64,000 bases of DNA, from NCBI GenBank assembly GCA_963727445.1, contig CAVSGI010000008.1, forward strand, positions 448,001 through 512,000. Reading direction: 5' to 3'. The translations under genes were made by a program, and so were the position numbers. Shown piece after piece: positions 1 to 10,196 of this stretch. Source of the stretch: an uncultured delta proteobacterium. GTDB lineage: Bacteria; Myxococcota_A; Polyangia; Polyangiales; B10-G4. Every line of letters begins with the position of its first letter. Position 1 is the first letter of the stretch. The notes beneath the pieces were generated by a model. It ran no database searches, was not told the origin of the DNA, and saw nothing but the letters and a program-made list of their open reading frames with translations.

Positions 1-579
1 GTCCCGGGTGATGCTGGCGTCCGACGCTACGCGATCGAGACCCATCACGTCCGGCAGGACGAAGTCGTACGCCTCGTAGTCCGCCCCGCGCGTCTGCTCG
101 GCGCGGATCGAGCCGGCGTAGCCTTCCACCGGCTCGACGTGCATGAAGGTGAGTGTGTCCGCAGGCCCCTGAATCGTGTACTGGCCCGTCCCGTCGGTGG
201 TGGTGGTGTTGATGATCGTCCCGTCGAGGTTCTTGATGTGAACGGTGGCGCCGACGATGCGGCCACCCGGCGTCGCGACCGCGCCATCGGGCATGCCCGC
301 GTCGGGCCAGGGCGTCACGCCGGCGTCGGGCTCGCGATCGGAGGCGCCCTCCCCGTAGACGGTGCCCGTGATGGTGAGGTCACCGCCGCCGCCATCGCCT
401 GCAGCATCGGCGTCGGTCGAGCCGTCCATCCCGATTCCGGTGTCGCCCCCGTCACCGGTGGTCGAATCCATCGAGCCATCGGTGGAGGAGTCGGGGGTAC
501 CCCCGTCGCCCAATCCGTCGTCGCCGCACGCGACGAAGGTCAGACAAGCGCAGAAGAGCAAGGCGAGCTTTCGATCCAT
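1..579 (-). CDS. Lipoprotein with Gly/Asp/Thr-rich linker and carboxypeptidase-regulatory-like beta domain (runs off window edge)
   Basis: Manual translation MDRKLALLFCACLTFVACGDDG...GGRIVGATVHIKNLDGTIINTTTTDGTGQYTI; lipobox FVAC; open to position 1. Confidence 0.7.
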   Translation of the reverse strand, partial: MDRKLALLFCACLTFVACGDDGLGDGGTPDSSTDGSMDSTTGDGGDTGIGMDGSTDADAAGDGGGGDLTITGTVYGEGASDREPDAGVTPWPDAGMPDGAVATPGGRIVGATVHIKNLDGTIINTTTTDGTGQYTIQGPADTLTFMHVEPVEGYAGSIRAEQTRGADYEAYDFVLPDVMGLDRVASDASITRD

Positions 580-622
580 GGGGGCAGCGTAACCGAATTT
601 CGGGGGCCCAGCGCCCCCGAGG

Positions 623-3145
623 CTACCTATGACCGCTCGGCCGGAGGTCAACCCCCGGGGTCTGCCCGTCCGCGATCAGGGCCGCGAAGTGCTCCGTGTG
701 CGGCGCTTGGCACTCCCAGATCGTGCACTCGTTGTTGACGACGAAACTGCGCACGTCGGCATAACGGCGCATCAGGGGATGCTCCTCGAAGGCCGGATGA
801 AACTGCACCCGGGCGTAGCGGTAGTACTCGGCGTGGGGGAGCTCCTCGACCGGACCGTAGACCGGAATGCCGGGCATGGGCGGGCGCCCCTGCTTGACGA
901 AGACGAGGGAGTCGAGGTGCAGCGGCTCTCGGGGGGTCACGGTACCGAGACCGGTGATGAAGGACATGCCCAGCGGGTTCGCGCCGAGGACGTAGTCGGC
1001 GGAGAGCGCGATGGCGTCGTGATAGCGCTGCTGGTCCTCTTCCGAGACGTGCCCCAGGGCGAGCGTGGCGAAGATGGGATCGAGGTAGCGGCCCATCACC
1101 GTGCCCTGTCCCCAATCCACCGGGCGCCCCTCGGGGCGCGCGTTCCGGTGCGCGTGCGGCGACTCGAAGACGGAAGTCACCACCTCCTCCGCCTCGCGCG
1201 CGAGCTGCCGCCGCGAGGTCTCGAGGATCTCGGGATCGGGATCGGGCCCGAGCAGATAGCCGATGATGTAGTCCGGCATGACCTGGCCGTCGCGCGCGTA
1301 GTCCCCGGTGAAGTTGTGCCGGTCCGTGAAGTTGCTGAAGGCGCCGTAAGGACCGATGCGACGCCACGCCTCCTCGAAGGCCTGCTTGTAGGACGCCTGG
1401 CCAGTGAGGCGATAGAGCTCGCCGGTGGCGTAGAGCGTGTACGGGTCCTTTGCGCCGTGATCCTTCGCCCACGCGTAGGCTCGCTCCGCCTCGCGCCTGA
1501 GCGCGGCAGAACGCCGCCTGTCGAGCTGCCGGAGGTCGTACGCGGCCTGGGCAAAGACGCCCGCCACGCGCATCGACACCTGCGCGTCGCGAGCGAAGGT
1601 GAAGTACTCGAGCTGATCCTGGTCGGCGGAGTAGATGCCCCAGGGATGACGGGTGGACTCGACGCCGGCGCGCACGCCTCCATCGCGCTCCTGCAGCGCT
1701 TCCCATCCCCCGATGCCCCACAGCGCCTCGTCGAGAAGATCCGGGACGTGGTCACCGCTCTTCGGCAGCACGAGCTGCCCGTCCGTGAAATGCGAGGGCG
1801 CGTTCTCGTAGGCGCGCATCAGGAGCTGCGGCACCACCGTGTGCATCGGCCGCTGATCGAAGTCGCCGGCGTCGTGGTAGCCGCCGCGCAGCTCGATGCG
1901 CCGCCCCGACGCCTGGGTGTCCTGGGGAAACTGCTCGAAAGCGTTTTCTTGCTCGCGCACGTAGACCCAGCGGTGGTCCTGCGGGCGCGGCCAGTCCGTG
2001 TAGCGGGCCTCGAGATCACCACCCCAGCGGTTGTGGAAGAGCCCCCGAGCCGTCACGTAATAGGCCTCGAAGAGCGCGCGCTCGGCGATGCGCGTGGGAT
2101 AGGAGACGCCGACGCCCGGGATCTCGATCCGATAGACCGAGCCCTCGTTGGGCGGCACCGAGGAGAGGTCGATCTCGAAGACCATGGTCCCCGCGTCGGA
2201 GTCGTTCTGGGAGCGCCTGCGGATCGGCACCGGACTGCCCACGCGCACCCGCGGCTGCATCTCGTCGCGACTCTCGCGGAAGATCGTCGCGCGGTTCGGA
2301 AAGCCCGAGAGGTCGAGGGCGCCGCCATCTCCCATCCAGGCCGATACGTAGGCGTAGCGCTGTCGCGCGCGCGGGCTGTAGCCCACCTGATTGAGCTGAA
2401 TGACCGGTGTCTCGAGATAGCAGCTGTGGAAAGGCACCAGGATGCGTGCGTCGTTCGGCCCTTCGATGGTGAGGATCTCCGGGCTGCCCACGGCCTCGGC
2501 GAGCTCGAGGAAGATGCGATGGTCGACGTCGACCACGGATAGATCGTCGTCGGCGCCGAAGCCGAGCTCGTAGCCGGGCTGCCCCACCGGTACCGAGTGC
2601 CGATGGACCTCGGTGACGCGGATCGCGTCGCCGCTGCGGCGTTTCACCGACCAGCCGCGGCGGCCCCACACGCGGCCGTTGCCGTTGCGCAGCGTGACCA
2701 TCAAGACCTTCGGCGCCACCGCCGCGACCGACACCACGGGCGTTCCCTCCGGGCGCACCCCCCGCGGCGTCCGCGCATGGACCACGGCCGACTTCTGCCC
2801 ACGCGGCGTGTCGGCCTCGACTCGCACCCAGAGATCGACGCCCGGCGGCAGGTGGTCGATGGTGTAGTCGTCGTCGTCGCCGTCGAGGCGAGCGACCCGC
2901 TTGCCCCGACGGAAGGTGCCGTCCTCCCCCGGCGGCCCGCTCCCGACGATCACGCGCACCTCGGTGGCGCCACGAACGCCGGGCCATGCGAGGCGAACGC
3001 TCCCCGGCGTGACCTCCGCCACCCGCGGCGAGAGATCATCCGCGGTGGCCTGGGCCCCGCACGTGCTCTCGCACCCGGCGGCGCACACGCCCACGGCGGC
3101 CACCAAGAGGACCATCCTCTGCTTTGCGCGATCGTGCCCGCTCAC
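623..3145 (-). CDS. Glycoside hydrolase family 9 (endoglucanase-like) lipoprotein with N-terminal FnIII and Ig-like domains
   Basis: GH9 motifs GGYHDAGDFD, LLDEALWG, YVLGANPLGMSFITGLG..PLH, NECTIW; NQVGY Ig-like domain; lipobox AAGC; GTG at 3145 preceded by TATCTT (ATG at 3115 alternative). Confidence 0.85.
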   Translation of the reverse strand: MSGHDRAKQRMVLLVAAVGVCAAGCESTCGAQATADDLSPRVAEVTPGSVRLAWPGVRGATEVRVIVGSGPPGEDGTFRRGKRVARLDGDDDDYTIDHLPPGVDLWVRVEADTPRGQKSAVVHARTPRGVRPEGTPVVSVAAVAPKVLMVTLRNGNGRVWGRRGWSVKRRSGDAIRVTEVHRHSVPVGQPGYELGFGADDDLSVVDVDHRIFLELAEAVGSPEILTIEGPNDARILVPFHSCYLETPVIQLNQVGYSPRARQRYAYVSAWMGDGGALDLSGFPNRATIFRESRDEMQPRVRVGSPVPIRRRSQNDSDAGTMVFEIDLSSVPPNEGSVYRIEIPGVGVSYPTRIAERALFEAYYVTARGLFHNRWGGDLEARYTDWPRPQDHRWVYVREQENAFEQFPQDTQASGRRIELRGGYHDAGDFDQRPMHTVVPQLLMRAYENAPSHFTDGQLVLPKSGDHVPDLLDEALWGIGGWEALQERDGGVRAGVESTRHPWGIYSADQDQLEYFTFARDAQVSMRVAGVFAQAAYDLRQLDRRRSAALRREAERAYAWAKDHGAKDPYTLYATGELYRLTGQASYKQAFEEAWRRIGPYGAFSNFTDRHNFTGDYARDGQVMPDYIIGYLLGPDPDPEILETSRRQLAREAEEVVTSVFESPHAHRNARPEGRPVDWGQGTVMGRYLDPIFATLALGHVSEEDQQRYHDAIALSADYVLGANPLGMSFITGLGTVTPREPLHLDSLVFVKQGRPPMPGIPVYGPVEELPHAEYYRYARVQFHPAFEEHPLMRRYADVRSFVVNNECTIWECQAPHTEHFAALIADGQTPGVDLRPSGHR

Positions 3146-3165
3146 GGCGCGTGAAGATAGCAGAT

Positions 3166-4638
3166 TCAAGATGCCTCTCCGGGTGTCCCCACTTCTTCCT
3201 TTGGGCTCGTGAGGCGCAACAACAAGGCCGCCACGCCGATTCCGACGAAACCGGTCGCCGTGCACGCGATCAGCGATGCGACGAGGCCAGAGCTCCCGAA
3301 GGCACGAATCGCATAGCCCACGCCCCCGGCGGCGGCGCCGGCGCAGAGCCCGGGGGACAGCGCCGCCAGCACCTTCCAGAAGCGCCACTCGAGGAGCTGG
3401 CGCGCCGTCCACCACATCAGGACGAACGTCACGGTGTTACCGATGATGGTGCTGCCCGCGACGGCCCAGATGCCGTAGTGAGGCGCGCCGGCGATGGAGA
3501 TGGCGAGGTTCAAACCCGAGCCGATGACGATGGGGATCGCGCAGGACCAGCCGGTGGTGGCGGTGAGCATCACCATCGAGGAAGCGACCTCGTAGGTGCT
3601 CATGATCACCGCCGCCGTCGCGAGCAGAGCCAGCACCAACGCCGGCGTCGGGCCCGCCACGACGTCGCCGACCCACCCGATGAGCAGGTGCTGCCCGTCG
3701 AGGGCGAGCGCGGCCATGCCGCTGAAGATCACCCCGCCGAAGACGCCGGTACCGATACGCACCGCGCGGGCGCGACGCTCCGGATCGCCCAGACGCGGCA
3801 TCAGCGCGATCGTCGCCTGCTTCGCGATCAGATAGGACATGTCGACCGCTCGCCCCGCCACGCCGTAGGCCGCCACCACCGCCAGGGGCGCGACGCGCAC
3901 CAGCACGAAGAGATCGACCCGGAGCGCGGTCACCACCGAGAGATTCACGGCGAGCTGCGCGGCCCCGTCGCGAAAAGCATGGCGAGCCTCCGCCCGGTCG
4001 GCGGGCAGGTGAGGACGCAGCGGGATCGCGGGGTCGAGGATACGAGCCGCCCGCACCACCATCAGGAGCTCGGTCGTGTAAGCGAGCAGGAGCGCGCCCG
4101 CCGGCACCAGGAGCGAGCGGTAGAAAGGAAAGCCGACGATGATCGCCAGGACCTGAAGCACGCTGGCGGTGGTCCGCGCGTTGGCGACGTAGCGGATCCC
4201 ACCACGCGCAAAAACGAAACCCCGGTACGGACCCGTCACCGCCAGAACACCGCCGGCCACGAGCGCGACCACCGCCGCCCGCCGCGCGTCCGCGACGAGC
4301 GCGGGCGAGGTCTCCGCGGGCAAGTCGATCAAGAAGAAGTAGGCGATGATGCCCACCAGCGGCACGCTGGCGCCCACCACCGCGAGGGCGAGCGCCAAGA
4401 GGCGGCGCGCGCGCTCGTCCTCCTTGGCCACCGCAGCGCGCTGAACGCTGGTGGTGAGCCCCAGATCCGTGAGGCTCAAGAGGAACGAGGCCGCGCCCAG
4501 GAGCGCCCAGACGCCGAGACCGTCGTCATCGAGGACCCGCGCGATGATCGGATAGGTGAGCAGGCCCGCGATTGCGGCGCCGATCTGCCGGCCGCCACCA
4601 GCGAGGAGCTCCTTCAGCGTCTTTCGGTCCTCGCTCAT
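3166..4638 (-). CDS. wzx: Wzx-type polysaccharide flippase (MOP family)
   Basis: 490 aa, many TM helices, PIIARVL..G.GVW, DLGL and RVD motifs; EPS context. Confidence 0.8.
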   Translation of the reverse strand: MSEDRKTLKELLAGGGRQIGAAIAGLLTYPIIARVLDDDGLGVWALLGAASFLLSLTDLGLTTSVQRAAVAKEDERARRLLALALAVVGASVPLVGIIAYFFLIDLPAETSPALVADARRAAVVALVAGGVLAVTGPYRGFVFARGGIRYVANARTTASVLQVLAIIVGFPFYRSLLVPAGALLLAYTTELLMVVRAARILDPAIPLRPHLPADRAEARHAFRDGAAQLAVNLSVVTALRVDLFVLVRVAPLAVVAAYGVAGRAVDMSYLIAKQATIALMPRLGDPERRARAVRIGTGVFGGVIFSGMAALALDGQHLLIGWVGDVVAGPTPALVLALLATAAVIMSTYEVASSMVMLTATTGWSCAIPIVIGSGLNLAISIAGAPHYGIWAVAGSTIIGNTVTFVLMWWTARQLLEWRFWKVLAALSPGLCAGAAAGGVGYAIRAFGSSGLVASLIACTATGFVGIGVAALLLRLTSPKEEVGTPGEAS

Positions 4639-4701
4639 CTAGCGCACTCGCGCCCCGCCGGACGCGAGCATATGCTAGCCAACCGTTGGAGGTCGAGCCG
4701 A

Positions 4702-5526
4702 GTGTCCCCCACGATCGACGTCATCGTACGCTGCCGAAACGAGATGCCCTGGACAGAGCGCGCCCTGTCTGGTCTGCGAGAGCAGCGCGGCGTCGAGGCG
4801 CGCATTCTGTTCATCGATTGCGATTCGACGGACGGCTCGCGCGAGGTCGCTGAGTCGATGGGGGTACGGCTCCTCGACTGGGACCCGAAGAAGTACGTCC
4901 CCGGGCGCGTGCTCAACCACGGGATGGAGCAGACGGAGTCGGAGATCGCCGCCTTCATCAACGCCGACGCCGTTCCGCTCCACGACGATGCGCTCCAAAC
5001 GCTCATCGCTCCCCTCGCGGACCCGAGCGTGGCCGCCACTTTTGCGCGTCAGGTCGCGCGCCCCGACGCCGACCCCCTGACCAAGCTCGATTACGCGCGC
5101 GCTTTCGGCGACGCGCCCGTCCCCACCCGCCTGGGGACCTTCTTCTCCATGGCGGCCTCGGCGATCCGCCGCGACGTCTGGTCGTCGATGCCCTTCGACC
5201 CGGACCTCCGATACTCCGAGGACGTGGACTGGACCACCCGCGCGGCCGCCCTCGGTTACGAGATCCGCTACGTCCCCGAGGCGCGCTTCGAGCACTCGCA
5301 CGCCTATGACCTCCGCGGACACTTCAAGCGGCGCAAGGGTGAAGGACGAGCGGACACGGCGATCCACCGGTTGGGCCGCGCCTCCGTCGTCACCGACTTC
5401 GCACGTCCGCTCGTCGGCTCGCTCCTCAGGGACGCGCGGGCAGGCGCAGCGCGGCCCGAGGTCGCGGTGACGCGCATGGTGCAGGCGGCTGGGTACTTCG
5501 TGGGGCGGTGGCGGTCGACGCGGTGA
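4702..5526 (+). CDS. Glycosyltransferase family 2 (rhamnosyltransferase-like)
   Basis: IDVIVRCRNE, IDCDSTDGS, NADAVP, SED.DW motifs; GGAGG before GTG 4702; the long upstream ORF-track extension is antisense to wzx. Confidence 0.85.
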   Translation: MSPTIDVIVRCRNEMPWTERALSGLREQRGVEARILFIDCDSTDGSREVAESMGVRLLDWDPKKYVPGRVLNHGMEQTESEIAAFINADAVPLHDDALQTLIAPLADPSVAATFARQVARPDADPLTKLDYARAFGDAPVPTRLGTFFSMAASAIRRDVWSSMPFDPDLRYSEDVDWTTRAAALGYEIRYVPEARFEHSHAYDLRGHFKRRKGEGRADTAIHRLGRASVVTDFARPLVGSLLRDARAGAARPEVAVTRMVQAAGYFVGRWRSTR

Positions 5527-6638
5527 ACATGGAGCACGCGGGACGAACGGCCGCGGGGATCGCAGACGCCGAGTCCCGTATCTCGGCCGACCTCGACACG
5601 ATCACCCAGGAGGTGTGCGCGCGCTGGAGCGACCGGATGCACGCGCTGCTCCTGGTCGGCGGATACGCGCGCGGCGAAGGGGGCGCGGTCGAGAGAGGTG
5701 GCGCCTTCGGCCCCTACAACGACTACGACCTGGTCCTGATCACCCGGGACGACGCGAAGAGCGCGCGCGCGCCGCTGCTGGCCCTCGGCCACACGCTCAC
5801 CCAGCGCCTGGGCGTGGAGGTGGAGCTGTGGCCGGTGGAGCGGGCGGCTTTGTCCACCATGCACCCCACGCTCTTCTGGCTCGACGTGAAGCAGGGCGGC
5901 GTGGAGGTGCTCTCGGGCAGCCCGAAGGTCTTGGACGAGCTGCCGGAAATCACCGCGCGCGACGTGCCCCTCGCCGAGGCGGCGCGCCTCCTGGCGAATC
6001 GGGCCACGGGCCTGGCGCTCAGCAACTTCGAGCCCGTGGACCGCGACCTGCGCAAAGCGCGCCACGGTCACAAGGCCGTGCTGGCCTGTGGCGACGCGCT
6101 CCTCCTCGCGGCGGATCGCTATGCGCCGACCGTTCGCGCGCGCGCCGCAGAGCTCGAGCGCTTGCGCGCGGCGCCGGCCGTGGGCGGGTCGCTTCGGGCG
6201 CTCTACGCCGACGCCGCCCGCTTCCGTGCCCGCCCGGACGCGTGGTCACCCGGCGCGGGCCTTTCGCTCGACGCGTGGTACGCATCGGTCGTGAGCGTCG
6301 TCGCGAAAACCCACCTGGCCTTCGAGGCACGACGCGTCGGCACGCCGCAAACCCCGGCGGGCTACGCGAGCTCGCGGATCCCGCTCTTCGCGGGCGCCCC
6401 CGACATCTCCGCCCTGCCCTTCGCAGCCCTGCGCGCGGCCGCGCGCCGCCGCACGCCGCTCACGCCATGGATCGGGCACCCGCGGGAGCGCCTCGCCCGC
6501 GTGGCCGTCGCCCTCGCCTATCAACCGCGCGGCGCCGGCAGCCGCGCCATCGCCGCGCGCCTGCTCGGCCTGGGGCCCGACCCCACCGACGAGGCGCTGC
6601 ACGGCGGGCTCCGCCAGCTCACCGAGGTCGCGGGATGA
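5508..6638 (+). CDS. Pol-beta-superfamily nucleotidyltransferase-domain protein with helical C-terminal domain
   Basis: LLLVGGYARGEG and YNDYDLVLI (hG[GS]...DxD), third acidic in VEVELW; start uncertain (5508/5523/5529). Confidence 0.7.
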   Translation: MAVDAVNMEHAGRTAAGIADAESRISADLDTITQEVCARWSDRMHALLLVGGYARGEGGAVERGGAFGPYNDYDLVLITRDDAKSARAPLLALGHTLTQRLGVEVELWPVERAALSTMHPTLFWLDVKQGGVEVLSGSPKVLDELPEITARDVPLAEAARLLANRATGLALSNFEPVDRDLRKARHGHKAVLACGDALLLAADRYAPTVRARAAELERLRAAPAVGGSLRALYADAARFRARPDAWSPGAGLSLDAWYASVVSVVAKTHLAFEARRVGTPQTPAGYASSRIPLFAGAPDISALPFAALRAAARRRTPLTPWIGHPRERLARVAVALAYQPRGAGSRAIAARLLGLGPDPTDEALHGGLRQLTEVAG

Positions 6639-6651
6639 TCGGAGCGATGCG

Positions 6652-7782
6652 ATGAAGCCCCGCGTCCTGGTCGTCTTCGTCGACGCGTTCGGTGCGGGTC
6701 AGCTCGCGCGCCTGGGCAACGCCATGCCTTCGCTGCCCCATCATCGAGAGCTGGGCGGCGTCCTCGGCTACTCCTCCGGCGCCCTCGCAACGGTCCTGAC
6801 GGGCGCGATGCCAGAGGACCACGGCCGGATGTGCCTCTTCTCCCGCGCGCCTGCTCAGGGAGAGCGGCTGCTCAGGCCGCTTCGCTTCCTCGGGCTCTTG
6901 CCGAAGATCGTGCACGAGCGCGGACGGGTGCGTCGCCTCACGGCGCGCGCCTTCGCCAAGGCCGCCGGTCTCACCGGCTACGTCGCGCTCCACCGCGTGC
7001 CGCCGGAGGAGTTCGAGTGGCTCGATCTGCCCGAGCGCGACGACCTCTTCAACGCGAGCGACATCGGAGGCGTGCCCACTTTCCTGTCACAGGCGCGAAA
7101 GGCCGGCCTCTCCGTCTACGCCTCGCCGTGGCAGCTCGAAGAGGAGGAGCGCTGGCGCACCTCGCTCGCCGTGCTCGGGCGCGAGCACCCCGATCTCACC
7201 TTCCTCTACGCCACCATCCTCGACGCGCGCCTGCACACTCACGGCAATCGCCCCGACGTCATCGAGGAGACCCTCGACGAGATCGGGAAGAACATCGAGC
7301 GCGCGCGCGACCTGATCGCGGACGACGGCTCGGAGCTCACCACCTTCGTGGTCGGCGACCACGGCATGGCCGACGTGCATCGCAACGTCGACCCGCGGCC
7401 CTTCTTGCGCACCAACTCCCTGAACGTCTTCGTGGACAGCACCATGCTTCGCCTCTGGGGAAGCGGCAGCCAGCTGGACGCGGCTCGAACCGACATCGAG
7501 AAGCGCGGCTGGCCCGGGCTGTGGCTGGACCAGGACGCGCTCGCCGACCGGCGCGCCCCCATCGCCGGAGCGCCCTACGGCGAGGCGTTCTTCCTCCTCG
7601 AGGAAGGCGCGATCTTCGTCCCCAGCTACGTCGGCGGCGCGGTGCGCGGGATGCACGGCTACGACCTGAGGACCCACTCGGCGCGCGCTGCCGTCGCGTC
7701 GGACCGCCCCATCCCGGAGGGCGTCGTCGAGATCGCCGACATCGCCGGCGCGGTGCGCGACCGACTGGGACTCGACCCATGA
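6652..7782 (+). CDS. Alkaline-phosphatase superfamily / nucleotide pyrophosphatase-phosphodiesterase
   Basis: VFVDAFG, GYSSGA..LTG, LDARLHTHG, GDHGM, GMHGYD metal-binding motifs; no signal peptide. Confidence 0.8.
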   Translation: MKPRVLVVFVDAFGAGQLARLGNAMPSLPHHRELGGVLGYSSGALATVLTGAMPEDHGRMCLFSRAPAQGERLLRPLRFLGLLPKIVHERGRVRRLTARAFAKAAGLTGYVALHRVPPEEFEWLDLPERDDLFNASDIGGVPTFLSQARKAGLSVYASPWQLEEEERWRTSLAVLGREHPDLTFLYATILDARLHTHGNRPDVIEETLDEIGKNIERARDLIADDGSELTTFVVGDHGMADVHRNVDPRPFLRTNSLNVFVDSTMLRLWGSGSQLDAARTDIEKRGWPGLWLDQDALADRRAPIAGAPYGEAFFLLEEGAIFVPSYVGGAVRGMHGYDLRTHSARAAVASDRPIPEGVVEIADIAGAVRDRLGLDP

Positions 7783-8915
7783 AGATCGCGATGGTCGTGC
7801 CCAGCCGCGGCTTCTTCGGCGGCATCGAGAGGCACGCCCACGATCTCTCGCGCGGCCTCGCCGGACGCGGTCATTCGCTCACGCTGATCCACGGCGACCT
7901 CGAAGGGAAGGACGAGGAGGCTTTTCAGAAGCCCTTCACCGAGGTCGTGCCGCGTCGCCGCGCGGCAGAGGTCGACGCCGACGTCTTCTACGTCCATCGC
8001 GCGAGCTCGGCCGAAGAGCTCGACGACTTCCGGCGCCGCCCGGTCATCGTGGTCAGCCACGACCACGACCTCACCTGCGTGCGATCCCATCGCTATCTAC
8101 CGGTCGGGCTCACACCCTGTCATCGCCCGCCGGGCTTTGCATGCGTGCGCCACGGCTGCGTCGTCGTGCGCGATCGGCGCCCGGACGCGCCACTGCCCGT
8201 TCGCCTCGAGAGCCCCTTTCGTCTGCAGCGCCGCCTCGACGGCTTGTGGAAGCGCGCCCTGCTCGTCACCTGCAGCGGCTACGTCCGCGCGCGTCTCCTC
8301 GACGCCGGCGTACCCGCACACCGGGCCCGGGTCATCCACCCCATTCCACCGGAAGACGACACACCGCTCGTGCCCCGGCCGCGAGCGCCGCGCCTGCTCG
8401 TCGCCGGCAACCTCCTGCGCGGCAAGGGCGTCGACCTCGCCATCGACGCCCTCGCCCACCTTCCGCCCGCGGTCACCCTCACGATCGTCGGTGACGGCCC
8501 CTCGCGGGAGGAGCTCGAGCGCCGCGCACGCGCCCATTCGGGCCGCGTCGACTTCGTGGGGTGGGTCTCGCCCGCCGAGATTGGCCGACAATACGACCGC
8601 GCCTCGGTGGTCGTCGTACCCTCGCGCTGGCCGGAGCCGTTCGGAATGGTGGGAATCGAAGCGATGCGTCGTCACCGGCCCGTGGTCGCCGCGGGGCACG
8701 GCGGCATCCCCGAGTGGGCGGGCGGCACCGGCGGTGCCCGCACCTTCGTTCCCGGCGACGCGCGCTCCCTCGCGGACGGCGCGCGCATCCTGCTCGCGGA
8801 CGCGGAAGCGGGACAGTACGCCGCCGAGCACGCACGCGTCCGTTTTCCACACGCGCGACTCCTCGACGAGGTGGAGTCGCTCCTCGAAGAAGTCGCCCAG
8901 GAGCCCGAGCCGTGA
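7779..8915 (+). CDS. Glycosyltransferase family 4
   Basis: MKIAMV..FFGGIERH, KGVDLAIDAL, PSRWPEPFGMVGIEAM; ATGA overlap with upstream gene. Confidence 0.9.
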   Translation: MKIAMVVPSRGFFGGIERHAHDLSRGLAGRGHSLTLIHGDLEGKDEEAFQKPFTEVVPRRRAAEVDADVFYVHRASSAEELDDFRRRPVIVVSHDHDLTCVRSHRYLPVGLTPCHRPPGFACVRHGCVVVRDRRPDAPLPVRLESPFRLQRRLDGLWKRALLVTCSGYVRARLLDAGVPAHRARVIHPIPPEDDTPLVPRPRAPRLLVAGNLLRGKGVDLAIDALAHLPPAVTLTIVGDGPSREELERRARAHSGRVDFVGWVSPAEIGRQYDRASVVVVPSRWPEPFGMVGIEAMRRHRPVVAAGHGGIPEWAGGTGGARTFVPGDARSLADGARILLADAEAGQYAAEHARVRFPHARLLDEVESLLEEVAQEPEP

Positions 8916-10196
8916 AGTACCTGGTCCTCGCGGTGGGCCTCGCCGGCATCTACCCGCTCGGGATGGCGGCGAAGCGCATCCGCTGGATCCCGATCGTCCT
9001 CACGGCGCTGATCGGCATCCTGCCCTTCCTCGGCTTCGACGCCCTGACCATCGACTTCCTCGAGCACCCGTATCGCGGCGAGTCGCGCTCCTTCGAGATC
9101 GCCGTCCTCGATTCTGGTGGCCGCCGCCCTGCTCGTCGCCACCCCCCGGCGCGCCCTCCCCTCGCCCTATCGCGCGAGCCGATACACCTATCTGTTCATC
9201 GCCGTCTTCTCGCTCACGACGGCCTCGGTCCCGATCTACACCCTGATGTCGCTCACCAACCTGGTGCGCGCGTACTTCTGCTTGATGGTGGTCGCGCGCG
9301 TCGCCGAGGATCCCGAGCTCGCCAGCGCCCTCGGCAAAGGCCTCGCCCTCGGCGTCGTCTACTCGGCGGTCATGGCGGTCAAGCAGCGCTACGTCGACGG
9401 CCTGTTCCAGGTCACCGCCGGTTTCGAGCACCCCAACTCCCTGGGGATGGCGGTGAACCTCATCGCGCCCATCGCCCTGGCCGTGATCTTCGCCGGCAAG
9501 GGGGACAAGCTCAGCTACGCCACCGTCGCCAGCGCGGGGATCTGCGTGGTGCTCGCCCTGTCGCGTGGTTCTCTGGCCATGTTCGTCTTCGGCGCGGGCC
9601 TGGTGATCGCTGGCTCGCTCTACCGGCAGGTCACCCGCCGCAAGGTCTATGTGACCATTGGTCTCGCGCTCGCGGCGGCGTTGGTGCTCGCCAAGAGCAT
9701 GGACAGCATCATCGAGAGATTCGTGACGGCGCCCGAAGCATCGGTCGAAGCACGCGACCGATTCGAGGCCGCCGCCCAGGCGATGCTCCACGACAACGCC
9801 CTGGGCATCGGACTCAATCAGTACTCCTACGTGCTGTCGCACAAGGGCTACGCCGACAAGTTTCAGATGCCGCCCATCGACCGTGACGGGCTCTGCCACC
9901 ACATCTACTGGCTCACCGCCGCCGAGCTGGGATGGTTCGGCCTCTTCGCGTATCTGTGGCTCATCGCGGCGCCGTTCTGGACGGCTCTACGAGGCGCATT
10001 TCGATTCAAAGGCGACGTCCGCGGCGACGTGTTGCTGGGCTGCGCTGCGGGCATGGCGGCGATGCACGTTCACGGGACCGCCGAGTGGATCGCACGACAG
10101 CCGTCGATGATGTACCTCTTCTGGACGGTGGCCGGGCTGACCGCGGCCATGAGCCGACGCGCCGAAGCAGCGCGCAGCGTCAGCGCGTCTGCGTGA
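8912..10196 (+). CDS. Wzy-like polymerase / O-antigen ligase family membrane protein (frameshift ~9113)
   Basis: Hydrophobic N-terminus from GTG 8912 continues in ORF 9117..10196; FEHPNSLG, LSRGS, LGIGLNQY, HHIYWLTAAELG motifs. Confidence 0.8.

Noticed and set aside
3124..4701. Long N-terminal extensions in ORF track (3124..5526, 6831..8915, 10180..12711, 10435..13290, 19445..21757, 43027..44904, 55235..57481)
   Set aside because: Shadow ORFs of high-GC DNA overlapping real genes; the recognisable domains start much later
5508..6638. CBASS/CD-NTase antiphage system
   Set aside because: No Cap effector or ancillary genes; the context is glycosyltransferases
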